A stretch of DNA of 64,000 bases from an uncultured Desulfosarcina sp. (GTDB lineage: Bacteria; Desulfobacterota; Desulfobacteria; Desulfobacterales; Desulfosarcinaceae). The notes under the pieces were generated by a model. That model was not told where the DNA came from and made no database searches. It saw only the letters and a program-made list of their open reading frames with translations. Made by a program: the position numbers and the translations under genes. The DNA is taken from positions 2,208,001 to 2,272,000 of the forward strand of contig CAXXWQ010000003.1 in assembly GCA_963674945.2 (NCBI GenBank), read 5' to 3'. Positions 19,015 through 27,234 of this stretch are shown in pieces (the stretch's first letter is position 1; each line of letters starts with the position of its first letter).

Positions 19015-19171
19015 CTTTACTGAATTAAACTCGTGACCGGGGCTATTTACTCTGTGACCGTGACCAATTCAGCGTGTGTGCACGGACCTGTGAGATCACT
19101 TGTCGGCAAGTCGCTTTCCAGAAAAGCATTTTTTTTATGCCGACAACGGCGTTGAGGTAAGCGAAGCGGTG

Positions 19172-21802
19172 ATGGCAAAAGACGAAGAAGAAATACTGGA
19201 CGAAGACCAGCAAAAGGCTTTCGATAGCATCATGGCCCAGATTCAGGGTGGTGATGGGGTTGCGGACGCGGTCGAGAAGCCGGCACCGGAGGGATCAACT
19301 GCGGTCGATGATGAGGTTGCTTTTGCCGCCGAACTCGAAAACGCTGCCCAGGAGGCGTCTGCCGGAAAAGCCGCTTCATCCTCTTCCGACGGAGCTACGA
19401 AGGACGATGAAGATGGCCTGGATGATGAGCAACAGAAGGCCTTGGATAGCATCATGGCCCAGATCGGGGGCGGTGATGGGAGTGCAAAAGAAGTCGAAGA
19501 GAAGGCCCGGGAGGAAGGGGCGGCGGTCGACGATGAGGTCGATTTTGCCGCCGAGCTTGAAAAAGTCGTCCAGGAGGCGTCCGCAGGGGAAATTGTATCA
19601 TCTTCTTCCAACGAAGTTTCGATTGACGAAGAAGACTTGGACGAAGACCAGCAAAAGGCCTTCGATAGCATCATGGCCCAGATCGGGGGCGGTGATGGGG
19701 ATGCGGAAAAGGTCGAAAATCCTGCCAGGGAGGAATCGGAAGCGGTCGACGATGATATCGATTTTGCCGCCGAGCTTGAAAAAGTCGTCCAGGAGGCATC
19801 CGCAGGGAAGGCCGGACCATCCTCATCCGAGGAAAGTTCGGATGACGGTGAAGTGACTCTGGATGATGAGCAGCAGAAGGCCTTGGACAGCATCATGGCA
19901 CAGATCGAGGGCGGTGATGGGGATGCGGAAACGCTCGAAGATTCTGCCCGGGAGGAAGGAGCCGCGGTCGATGATGAGGTCGATTTTGCCGCCGCGTTAG
20001 AAAAAGTGGCCCAGGAGGCATCTGCAGAAACGAACGCCTCATCCACTGCCGAGGAAGATTCGGATGACGATGAGGTGGGGCTGGATGATGAGCAGCAGAA
20101 GGCCTTCGAGAGCATCATGGCACAGATCAATGAAGGCAATAATGATACCGACGACAACGTCGACGAACCGGATGCCGACGCGGAGGATTCGCAAAGATCT
20201 GTGGAAATCGCCGATGAATCGAACGATTCGGAACCTCCGAGCGCCGTCGAATCAGAACAGGAGACACCGGCCGAAGAAGAAGTGCCAATCGAAGATATTT
20301 CCGATGAGATCGACGATATATTGGCGGAAGTCCGTGATGAGGAGGATGAGCCGGAAGAAGCCGATGATACGGGGGAAAAAGAGGATATTGTCGTCGCAGC
20401 CTTGAATGGTGGCACTTTGCCTCCGGAAGCCGGTAAAGATCAAAAGGATGAATCCGGCAAAGGGAAAAAGAGGACAACCACGAATCAGGAAAAATCGTCT
20501 GGCGAAAAAAAACAATCCAAATCAAAGAAAAAAGACGACACCCCATCTCCTGTTGCATCCAAGGGAACGAAGAGGGTCGAACCGTTGCGTGAGGCGGCCC
20601 CGACAAAGGCAAAGAGGAAGAATAAGAAGCGGGTCGTATTACTCTCGACGGGGTTTGTGATCCTGCTCTCCTTTGCAGGCTATTTCTTTTGGACGCAGAA
20701 AATCCAACGCGGATCCGAAAATACGACGGTACCAATCGCCGAAGCCGTGGTTCACAAAGTCCCGGAAGAAGTACACCCTGCTTCTTCCGACCCTGTGGAA
20801 CAGGCCTTCGTTGAAGATTCTTCCGATGTATCCAGGTTGAAAATGACTGCCGAGGCGTTGATGCGGCTGCGGGAAAGAGTGATGGAAAAGCAAACCGAGA
20901 TTGATGAGCTGCAAGGCTACTACCAAACGGGAATCGAGGCCGAGGTCAACGCCATCATGAAAATCGTGCAAGATGCCAAAATGGAGGAACGATCCCATGA
21001 GGCAGCCATGAAAGATCCTCGGATTCGGCTTGGATTGACGGCCATTCAACGGCGAGATTCCTACATCCAAAAGCTCAAAGAACCGGCAAAACAGCTTTTG
21101 GATAATGGTGAAGAGCTTTTGTTTTTATCGCGAAAAGCCGAGTTACTGGCCCTGATGGCTGAAAAGACAAGCGATCTGGAAATCGACGGATTCATCCGGA
21201 CAGCCGAGGAGATTGCCGCTTCCCATGGGGCTCACCTGGAAAATCTCAATATCGATGCCGATTCGGCCACGTCGGCTTCCACCCAATCCATTTGGCGGGA
21301 CATCATCGGACGGTTACCGAAAAAACAGGCAATTGCCTCCGTTGGAAACGTCGAGGCCGCAAAAACGGATAATTCGCAGATATGGAAACAAATCTGCGAC
21401 GGAGACCTTTCCCAGCGCCATCGTCTGACCCAATTAAATCCATCGGCCGCCAAGTGTCTGGCCGCATGGGATGGCAAGGACCTGTATCTTAACAATCTGA
21501 CGGAACTGTCGCCAGAGGTGGCCGCACAATTGGCGCAATGGGACGGTGATTGGCTGGGCTTGAACGGCCTTACGGAACTCTCCCCGGAGGCGGCGAGTCA
21601 TCTGGCTCGCTGGAAAGGAAAAAAACTTTCATTAAACGGACTCACGCGACTTTCACCCAGAGTCGTTGCAATCTTGTCCGAATGGAGGGGGGAGCAAATC
21701 GAACTCATCAACGTAAAACACATGGCGCATTGGGAGAATCAAAACACCCGGCTCTTCCTCTCGGAGGACTTGCAACGAAAACGCCTTGTCAAAGGAGACT
21801 AA
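19172..21802 (+). CDS. Single-pass membrane protein: N-terminal acidic tandem repeats, Lys-rich linker, TM, helical domain, 24-aa LRR-like repeats
   Basis: Five QQKA(F/L)(D/E)SIMAQI motifs; KAKRKNKKR then TM VVLLSTGFVILLSFAGYFFW; repeats LxLNxLTxLSPxxAxxLxxWxG. ATG 19172 preferred over TTG 19100. Confidence 0.85.
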   Translation: MAKDEEEILDEDQQKAFDSIMAQIQGGDGVADAVEKPAPEGSTAVDDEVAFAAELENAAQEASAGKAASSSSDGATKDDEDGLDDEQQKALDSIMAQIGGGDGSAKEVEEKAREEGAAVDDEVDFAAELEKVVQEASAGEIVSSSSNEVSIDEEDLDEDQQKAFDSIMAQIGGGDGDAEKVENPAREESEAVDDDIDFAAELEKVVQEASAGKAGPSSSEESSDDGEVTLDDEQQKALDSIMAQIEGGDGDAETLEDSAREEGAAVDDEVDFAAALEKVAQEASAETNASSTAEEDSDDDEVGLDDEQQKAFESIMAQINEGNNDTDDNVDEPDADAEDSQRSVEIADESNDSEPPSAVESEQETPAEEEVPIEDISDEIDDILAEVRDEEDEPEEADDTGEKEDIVVAALNGGTLPPEAGKDQKDESGKGKKRTTTNQEKSSGEKKQSKSKKKDDTPSPVASKGTKRVEPLREAAPTKAKRKNKKRVVLLSTGFVILLSFAGYFFWTQKIQRGSENTTVPIAEAVVHKVPEEVHPASSDPVEQAFVEDSSDVSRLKMTAEALMRLRERVMEKQTEIDELQGYYQTGIEAEVNAIMKIVQDAKMEERSHEAAMKDPRIRLGLTAIQRRDSYIQKLKEPAKQLLDNGEELLFLSRKAELLALMAEKTSDLEIDGFIRTAEEIAASHGAHLENLNIDADSATSASTQSIWRDIIGRLPKKQAIASVGNVEAAKTDNSQIWKQICDGDLSQRHRLTQLNPSAAKCLAAWDGKDLYLNNLTELSPEVAAQLAQWDGDWLGLNGLTELSPEAASHLARWKGKKLSLNGLTRLSPRVVAILSEWRGEQIELINVKHMAHWENQNTRLFLSEDLQRKRLVKGD
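19199..20130 (+). repeat. Intragenic tandem repeat, period 219-222 bp, four full units plus a partial fifth
   Basis: Unit starts at 19199, 19421, 19640, 19862 and 20084, each carrying AGCATCATGGC(C/A)CAGAT. Confidence 0.9.
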
Positions 21803-21805
21803 CGC

Positions 21806-22381
21806 ATGAGAAGTTCCAATATCTTCGGGCGGATTTTTTCGTTGGCGGTGCTTTTGTTTTTTTCCATACACCCCGCATTCGCAAAGACTGAAGACGATGG
21901 CGAGCAACTGCTAAAGACCATGGCCGAAATTTCATTGCTCAACAACCAAATGGCGCAGAGAAAGGTGGATGCCGAAAATATTCGGGATGCATTGATCAAA
22001 CAATTGAAGTCGATCCAGTCGGAGACACGAGATGAGCTGAAAAAGAAGAAGATCGGCAGTGAAAACAAAGCCAAAAAAGACCCGAGGATCCGGCACAATA
22101 TGATGCTCATTGCCGAGATCAGCGCCTATATCGACAGATACACGCAAAAGATTCGATACTATCGCGTGGCCTGCGACCGTCTTACGTATCTTTATCAGAA
22201 GGCCGACGATGATCTGAAGATCGTCAGTACGCTCTCCGGGTTGAAGATCGATGCCTTGATCGACCAGGCGAATCGACTCATCGACGATTACATGCCCCAG
22301 GCCCAGACCATACTCCTTTCTCCCCAAACGATCACCATTAAAGAGCCGGATCAGTATCTAAAAGGATTCGCGCTGAAATAG
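21806..22381 (+). CDS. Exported alpha-helical hypothetical protein, paralogous to a domain of the upstream protein
   Basis: Signal peptide ending PAFA; starts 3 bp after the upstream stop; KDPRIR segment aligns without gaps to the upstream protein. Confidence 0.8.
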   Translation: MRSSNIFGRIFSLAVLLFFSIHPAFAKTEDDGEQLLKTMAEISLLNNQMAQRKVDAENIRDALIKQLKSIQSETRDELKKKKIGSENKAKKDPRIRHNMMLIAEISAYIDRYTQKIRYYRVACDRLTYLYQKADDDLKIVSTLSGLKIDALIDQANRLIDDYMPQAQTILLSPQTITIKEPDQYLKGFALK

Positions 22382-22464
22382 GGGATAGACACCAGGCATC
22401 GGGCGTGATAATTCAGCCTACATTGAGCGTTTCATCTTTCTCAGGTTTGGGTAAAAGGAGAAAT

Positions 22465-23058
22465 ATGGCTGAAAGCAAGCAACCCGGATACGTAAAATCG
22501 GAAACTGTGATCTGGCTCGTCGTGGCATCCCTTTTGGTTGGATTCGTTGGCGGCGTCGCCTTCGGGATTTACAAAAGCGGGACCGTTCGCGGGCTTCAAC
22601 CAACCAGTGCCGAGGATTCGCAACGAAAGGCCGCCATCGAAGCACTTCAGGCCAGAATCCGTCAGGATTCCCAGGACCTGGATGCATGGATTCAATTGGG
22701 CCATCACTATTTCGACGCGGGATTGACCAAAAACGCCGTCGATGCCTATGAGAAAGCCTTGGCCATCGATCCGAATGATGCCAATATCTGGACGGATTTA
22801 GGGGTAATGTACCGAAGAAACGGTGATCCAAGAAAAGCGGTGGAAGCCTTCGACAAGGCCATCGCAGTGGACCCCGCCCATGAAATCTCCCGATTCAACA
22901 AAGGAATCGTTCTCTTTCACGACTTGCAAGACGAGGATGGCGCCCTAAAGGCATGGGAATCTCTGTTGGCCATCAATCCCGACGCCAAGACACCGGGCGG
23001 TCAAACCGTCCGGGAACTGGTGGACCATATAAAAAGCAACCATGGAAAAAACAAATGA
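22465..23058 (+). CDS. Membrane-anchored TPR protein
   Basis: AAGGAG RBS; N-terminal TM; TPRs (AWIQLGHHYFD, YEKALAIDP, WTDLGVMYRR, FDKAIAVDP). Confidence 0.85.
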   Translation: MAESKQPGYVKSETVIWLVVASLLVGFVGGVAFGIYKSGTVRGLQPTSAEDSQRKAAIEALQARIRQDSQDLDAWIQLGHHYFDAGLTKNAVDAYEKALAIDPNDANIWTDLGVMYRRNGDPRKAVEAFDKAIAVDPAHEISRFNKGIVLFHDLQDEDGALKAWESLLAINPDAKTPGGQTVRELVDHIKSNHGKNK

Positions 23059-23606
23059 AAAAAGCGGTTTGCAACCGGTCCGCCCTGATCTGTAAAGGAC
23101 GTGTGTTTGATCTTTATTCCGAAAACATCACTCTTCCCAACGGCGTTACCTTCGAAATGGAGATCATCCGGCACCCCGGTGCCGCCGCCATCGTTCCCGT
23201 CATGAAGGACGGGCTCGTATTGCTTCTACAACAATACCGTCATGCGGTTGGCGGTTACATATGGGAAATACCCGCAGGAACACTGGAAGCCGGGGAGGAT
23301 CCCCGTCAATGCGCACAGCGGGAACTCATCGAAGAGACCGGCTACAGCGCCGGGTCCTTCGAAAAGCTTACGGAACTTACGCCCCTTCCCGCATATTCGG
23401 ATGAGAGAATCCACATTTACCTGGCGACCGATCTTTCCCGCGCCACGCAACGATTGGACGACGACGAAATTCTTTCCGTTCATCCGTTTGGTTTTAACGA
23501 GGCATTGGAAATGATCTCCAACGGCAAGATTCAGGATGCCAAAACCATCGCCGGTTTGCATCTTGCCGCCGGGCGTCCAAAAGACGTGTGCAACCGATTA
23601 CGGTGA
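23055..23606 (+). CDS. nudF: NUDIX hydrolase, ADP-ribose pyrophosphatase-like
   Basis: HPGAAAIVP, QYRHAV, EIPAGTLEAGEDP..CAQRELIEETG, IQDAKT; ATGA overlap with the TPR gene. Confidence 0.85.
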   Translation: MKKAVCNRSALICKGRVFDLYSENITLPNGVTFEMEIIRHPGAAAIVPVMKDGLVLLLQQYRHAVGGYIWEIPAGTLEAGEDPRQCAQRELIEETGYSAGSFEKLTELTPLPAYSDERIHIYLATDLSRATQRLDDDEILSVHPFGFNEALEMISNGKIQDAKTIAGLHLAAGRPKDVCNRLR

Positions 23607-23607
23607 A

Positions 23608-23847
23608 TCACCGGCATTCGGGCGGCGTTCGTGTACAATGGGTGCTCTGGAGGCGCTCGGTGTATTTCGCCCAAAATCCCTTCTTTGTTTTGGTATCCGC
23701 CGAATCGTATTTTCGCCGACAGGCGTCTGAACAAAAATAGTGGATCCCTTTGTCATCCTTGGAGGTAAAATGGATTTCACGCGGGTCGAAGGTTTTCCCG
23801 CACACGGGATCGACTACAGTTTCCGGGTTTGTGCTGGTTTGTGTCAT
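23608..23847 (-). CDS. YHS/TRASH metal-binding domain protein
   Basis: DPVCG...YFCSDACRRKY; AAAGGGG RBS before ATG 23847. Confidence 0.8.
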   Translation of the reverse strand: MTQTSTNPETVVDPVCGKTFDPREIHFTSKDDKGIHYFCSDACRRKYDSADTKTKKGFWAKYTERLQSTHCTRTPPECR

Positions 23848-24287
23848 GTTTGCCCCCTTTCTGTTACCAAATACGATGCCTATTCGCTTCGTAGAATATA
23901 ATACCGTTTCGTCAATTCGCACGTTCATTTTTTCATGCCGGTATCCTGTCCTCTTGCTGTTCTACGAAAAAATGGAAATCTGTTGGCCTGGTTGCGTGGT
24001 CAGTTTATCGTCAGGACTCCTCAAGCGTGAACAGGGAAGAAGAAAGGGGATTTCGGATAGACGTAATGTGAAGATCGTAAGCGCGCCGAAGGAGGTTTGG
24101 CTTTTTTGATCAGCGATCATGCCTGTTTCAGGCAGATAAACGGTTTTTCTGCTGACAAACGAAACCATGTCAGATTTTTTTACAAAATAGAAAATTTTGC
24201 CAACAGTTCACATTCTCTTGTGAAGATGTCAAGTTGGCATTTACCTGGTTGTCTGAAGAAAATCAATCAATGGCAGCTTTTTCGTTA

Positions 24288-24303
24288 TGGTACTGAACTT
24301 GCT
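24288..24303 (+). promoter_or_regulatory. Sigma54 -24/-12 promoter
   Basis: TGGTACTGAACTTGCT (GG-N10-GC), 70 bp upstream of the kinase-like gene. Confidence 0.65.
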
Positions 24304-24372
24304 TGAATATTGCGTAGCTCGATGGACGCGGCGATTGATCCAATAGACAGGGGAATAGACAAAGGACTGAAC

Positions 24373-25374
24373 ATGCTTGATGATAACAGGCAATTGCCTG
24401 CTTCCCAGAACCAGCCTGCATCGGAATCGGTGAAAAAGCTTGTCGCCCGATGGATGCCTCAGCACTGGAAAAGCGATACCCTCCGTGTGCATACGGATAC
24501 CACAGATTTTTTTTCCATTGAATACGGAGATGTAGTGCTTTTGGAGGGTCATCCCTACCTGATTCGCAACAATGCCCGGGAAGGCCGGTTCGGACTGGAG
24601 GATGACGTCAAACACTGGGTCAAGCGATCCATCGATTTGGTCAGCGGAGAGATGTGCATCATCAAGCTGGTTTTTTACGAAAAGTTTACGACGCGTATCG
24701 GCGGAATCGAATTTGAATGTTTTCGCAGTCCACGAAAGGAGGCCCGTATTCTGGATCTGGTGAAAACCCATCCCAATTTCATGCACGGCATCTCAACGAT
24801 TGATGCAAAAGAAAACACCGTCCGTATTTTGCAGCATATTCGCGGCCCATCTCTTTCCAATTATATTGCCGACATTGTGCAAAACCATGAAAGATATTTT
24901 TATGAAACCTTCCCAAAGATTTTAACAAATTTCATCACATGTGTGGCCGCCATTGGATTTTTGCACGACCATAGAGAAAAACACGGAGACATCCGAAGGG
25001 ATCATATCCTCGTGGACAAACAGACCGGCCAATACCGATGGATCGATTTTGACTACAATTTTCGGCACCGGGAAAATATGTTTGGGTACGATCTGTTCGG
25101 ACTGGGCAATATTCTTATGTACATTGTGGGCAAAGGCGACGTGTATGTGGGGGACCTCGCACGAACCGATCCTGCGATGATTTCCCGACTGACCGATGCG
25201 GATTTGAATATCGTGTTTCATAACCGTGTGGCCAATCTGAAAAAAGTGTATCCCTATATTCCCGAATCCTTGAATCTGGTACTGTTGCATTTTTCCAACG
25301 GTGCCAACTGGTTTTACGAAAACACCGAACAATTATTGCATGATCTTGGATCCGCCATGTGCGACATGCAATAA
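24373..25374 (+). CDS. Atypical protein kinase-like (PKL fold) protein
   Basis: IIKLV (beta3 Lys), RKEARIL (alphaC Glu), HGDIRRDHILVD catalytic loop, WIDFDY in place of DFG. Confidence 0.75.
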   Translation: MLDDNRQLPASQNQPASESVKKLVARWMPQHWKSDTLRVHTDTTDFFSIEYGDVVLLEGHPYLIRNNAREGRFGLEDDVKHWVKRSIDLVSGEMCIIKLVFYEKFTTRIGGIEFECFRSPRKEARILDLVKTHPNFMHGISTIDAKENTVRILQHIRGPSLSNYIADIVQNHERYFYETFPKILTNFITCVAAIGFLHDHREKHGDIRRDHILVDKQTGQYRWIDFDYNFRHRENMFGYDLFGLGNILMYIVGKGDVYVGDLARTDPAMISRLTDADLNIVFHNRVANLKKVYPYIPESLNLVLLHFSNGANWFYENTEQLLHDLGSAMCDMQ

Positions 25375-25386
25375 AAAGGAGGTGTC

Positions 25387-25860
25387 ATGAAAAAAGCGCA
25401 AACCGTACAGAAGAACAAAAAATTTCTGGTTGCCGTCGATGATTCCGCAAACTCTCGTCGCGCCGTTGAATATGTCGGTTACATTATAGGCGGTATTGAC
25501 GGTATTCATGTGACGCTGCTTCATGTGATTCCCGAACCGGAGGATGATTATTTTCAGGAAGAAAGACTAAAGGCGCAATGGGTAAGAAAATATCAAGAAA
25601 AGATGACCTCGGTTCTGGAGGACTATCATGGTATATTAACTGCCGCTGGTATTCCCGAAGGTGCCATCGAAACCCGAATGCCCATGCGCCATTGCCCTTC
25701 CATGGCCGAATGCATCCTTTCGGAAAAGGATGACCGCAACTTCGGCACCATTGTTGTAGGACGCCATGGATTGTCCAGACAGGAAGAATTCCTTTTCGGC
25801 AGCATTTCCAGCAAAATTATCAATCACGCCCGCCATTGCACGGTATGGGTGGTGGAGTGA
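25387..25860 (+). CDS. Universal stress protein
   Basis: LVAVDDSANSRRAVEY, TIVVGRHG...FLFGSISSKII...CTVWVV. Confidence 0.9.
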   Translation: MKKAQTVQKNKKFLVAVDDSANSRRAVEYVGYIIGGIDGIHVTLLHVIPEPEDDYFQEERLKAQWVRKYQEKMTSVLEDYHGILTAAGIPEGAIETRMPMRHCPSMAECILSEKDDRNFGTIVVGRHGLSRQEEFLFGSISSKIINHARHCTVWVVE

Positions 25861-26053
25861 AATCGTTGATCCAACGAGACCAGATGTCTGCCCTTGCAGT
25901 TGACCGGCCGTAACGGGTCCTATAATGGCGCTGTCGTCGCAGCTGTGCACTGCGCCGAGACCGCCTCAAAAATCGAACATTGTGTTCAAACGAGACGAAA
26001 CGTCCCTCCTGCATTGCGTTCAGACGCTTTTTCCAGCCGGCTGGTAAAAAGGC

Positions 26054-26536
26054 TCACTTCAGTTGATAAGGATTGATCGAGAGCACCGGTATTGGTGATT
26101 TCTTAACCACCTTTTCCGCCACGCTGCCAAAAATCACGTGCTCCAATCCCTTTCTGCCGTGGGTTCCCATAATCAGCAGATCGATGTCCTCGGATTCAAT
26201 GACATTCAGAATTTCCTCGGCTGTATCCCCGGCGACGACAATCTTTTGAAAATTGGGACAGCTTTGCAATTGATCATCGCATACGGATTGCAGTGTCTTC
26301 TTGGCAGCTTCGATGGCCTCGTCTTGGAATTTGTCCATGGAAGGATGGGGCACATAAAGTTTTCCCCATCTGTTCAGATCCTGCACCACATGGAGCAGAT
26401 AGACGATACTGTCATATTTCTCGGCAAGGGATAAGACATACGGCAGCAGTTTCGATGAATTTTCCGTTAAGTCAACGGGGAAGAGTATCCTATTGATGAT
26501 GACCGTTTTTTTAATCGTCCCGGACTCTTTGTCCAT
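26054..26536 (-). CDS. Universal stress protein
   Basis: ILFPVDLTENS, LLIMGTHGRKGLEHVIFGSVAEKVVKKSPIPVL. Confidence 0.92.
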   Translation of the reverse strand: MDKESGTIKKTVIINRILFPVDLTENSSKLLPYVLSLAEKYDSIVYLLHVVQDLNRWGKLYVPHPSMDKFQDEAIEAAKKTLQSVCDDQLQSCPNFQKIVVAGDTAEEILNVIESEDIDLLIMGTHGRKGLEHVIFGSVAEKVVKKSPIPVLSINPYQLK

Positions 26537-26635
26537 TGGTGGCCTCCCGTTTTGTGGTTGTTTCGGAAACGGTTTAATTCATGCCCCCCTTTGCTGTGGA
26601 TGAACCGGATGGTAAACCATTCCATAGAATACTGA

Positions 26636-26651
26636 AGCAAAAACAGCGCCA
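26636..26651 (-). promoter_or_regulatory. Sigma54 -24/-12 promoter
   Basis: Minus strand TGGCGCTGTTTTTGCT (GG-N10-GC), 100 bp upstream of the minus-strand USP gene. Confidence 0.65.
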
Positions 26652-27148
26652 ATCGAATCGTTGGATGTTGCATGATAAACAATGGATCTCATCGGCGGGC
26701 AGATGTTGACAAAAAACTTCGCGGGTACCGCACAAATTGACGCATCTCCAATTTGCGTGGGATCTTTGGTGCCGATGATATTCCGACCGTGGCATTTACT
26801 TCCACTGCACATGTTAGTGTTACGGTTTCGCAACGGTAGCGCCACCCGGGGTTAGGGGTAAGGGACGTTGTTTACAAAACATACAAAAATGGTCTGGTCG
26901 ACATTTTGGACTTCTCGAGATAAAATTAGAAAGCAGCGTTCCTGATTTTTGGGTAACGATGTTACGAAATATTTTTTATCCGCATGGTTGCAGTGGCCAT
27001 GGATATGATATAAAAGAATAGTTTCATTGTTCTGATGCCGTGGAATCGTTGATTATTTCCCAATTGCTGCCCATCGCTCGACCTTCTCACTCCTGAATCG
27101 CTTCTTTGTTCCGTGATTTCGACCAAGTGTGACAAAATTAAAAAACCC

Positions 27149-27176
27149 TAAAGAAGTATTCGGAAAATGTCGATTA
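27149..27176 (+). promoter_or_regulatory. Possible sigma28 (FliA)-like promoter
   Basis: TAAAG-N15-GTCGATTA, 58 bp upstream of the kinase-cheR-cheB operon. Confidence 0.4.
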
Positions 27177-27234
27177 CTCTGATTACTCTATGGTGTGTTA
27201 TTGATCATATTTCTCATTTCACTCTGGATAGTCG

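Noticed and set aside
19243..20415. 390-aa Ser-rich minus-strand ORF
   Set aside because: Mirror image of Asp/Glu codons in the acidic repeat.
26574..26595. Two-codon ORF (ATG AAT TAA) with a G-rich RBS in the USP leader
   Set aside because: Too short to distinguish from chance without conservation data.
26652..27148. Riboswitch or sRNA in the long intergenic region
   Set aside because: No c-di-GMP, cobalamin, TPP or other motif recognised by eye; an Rfam scan would be needed.
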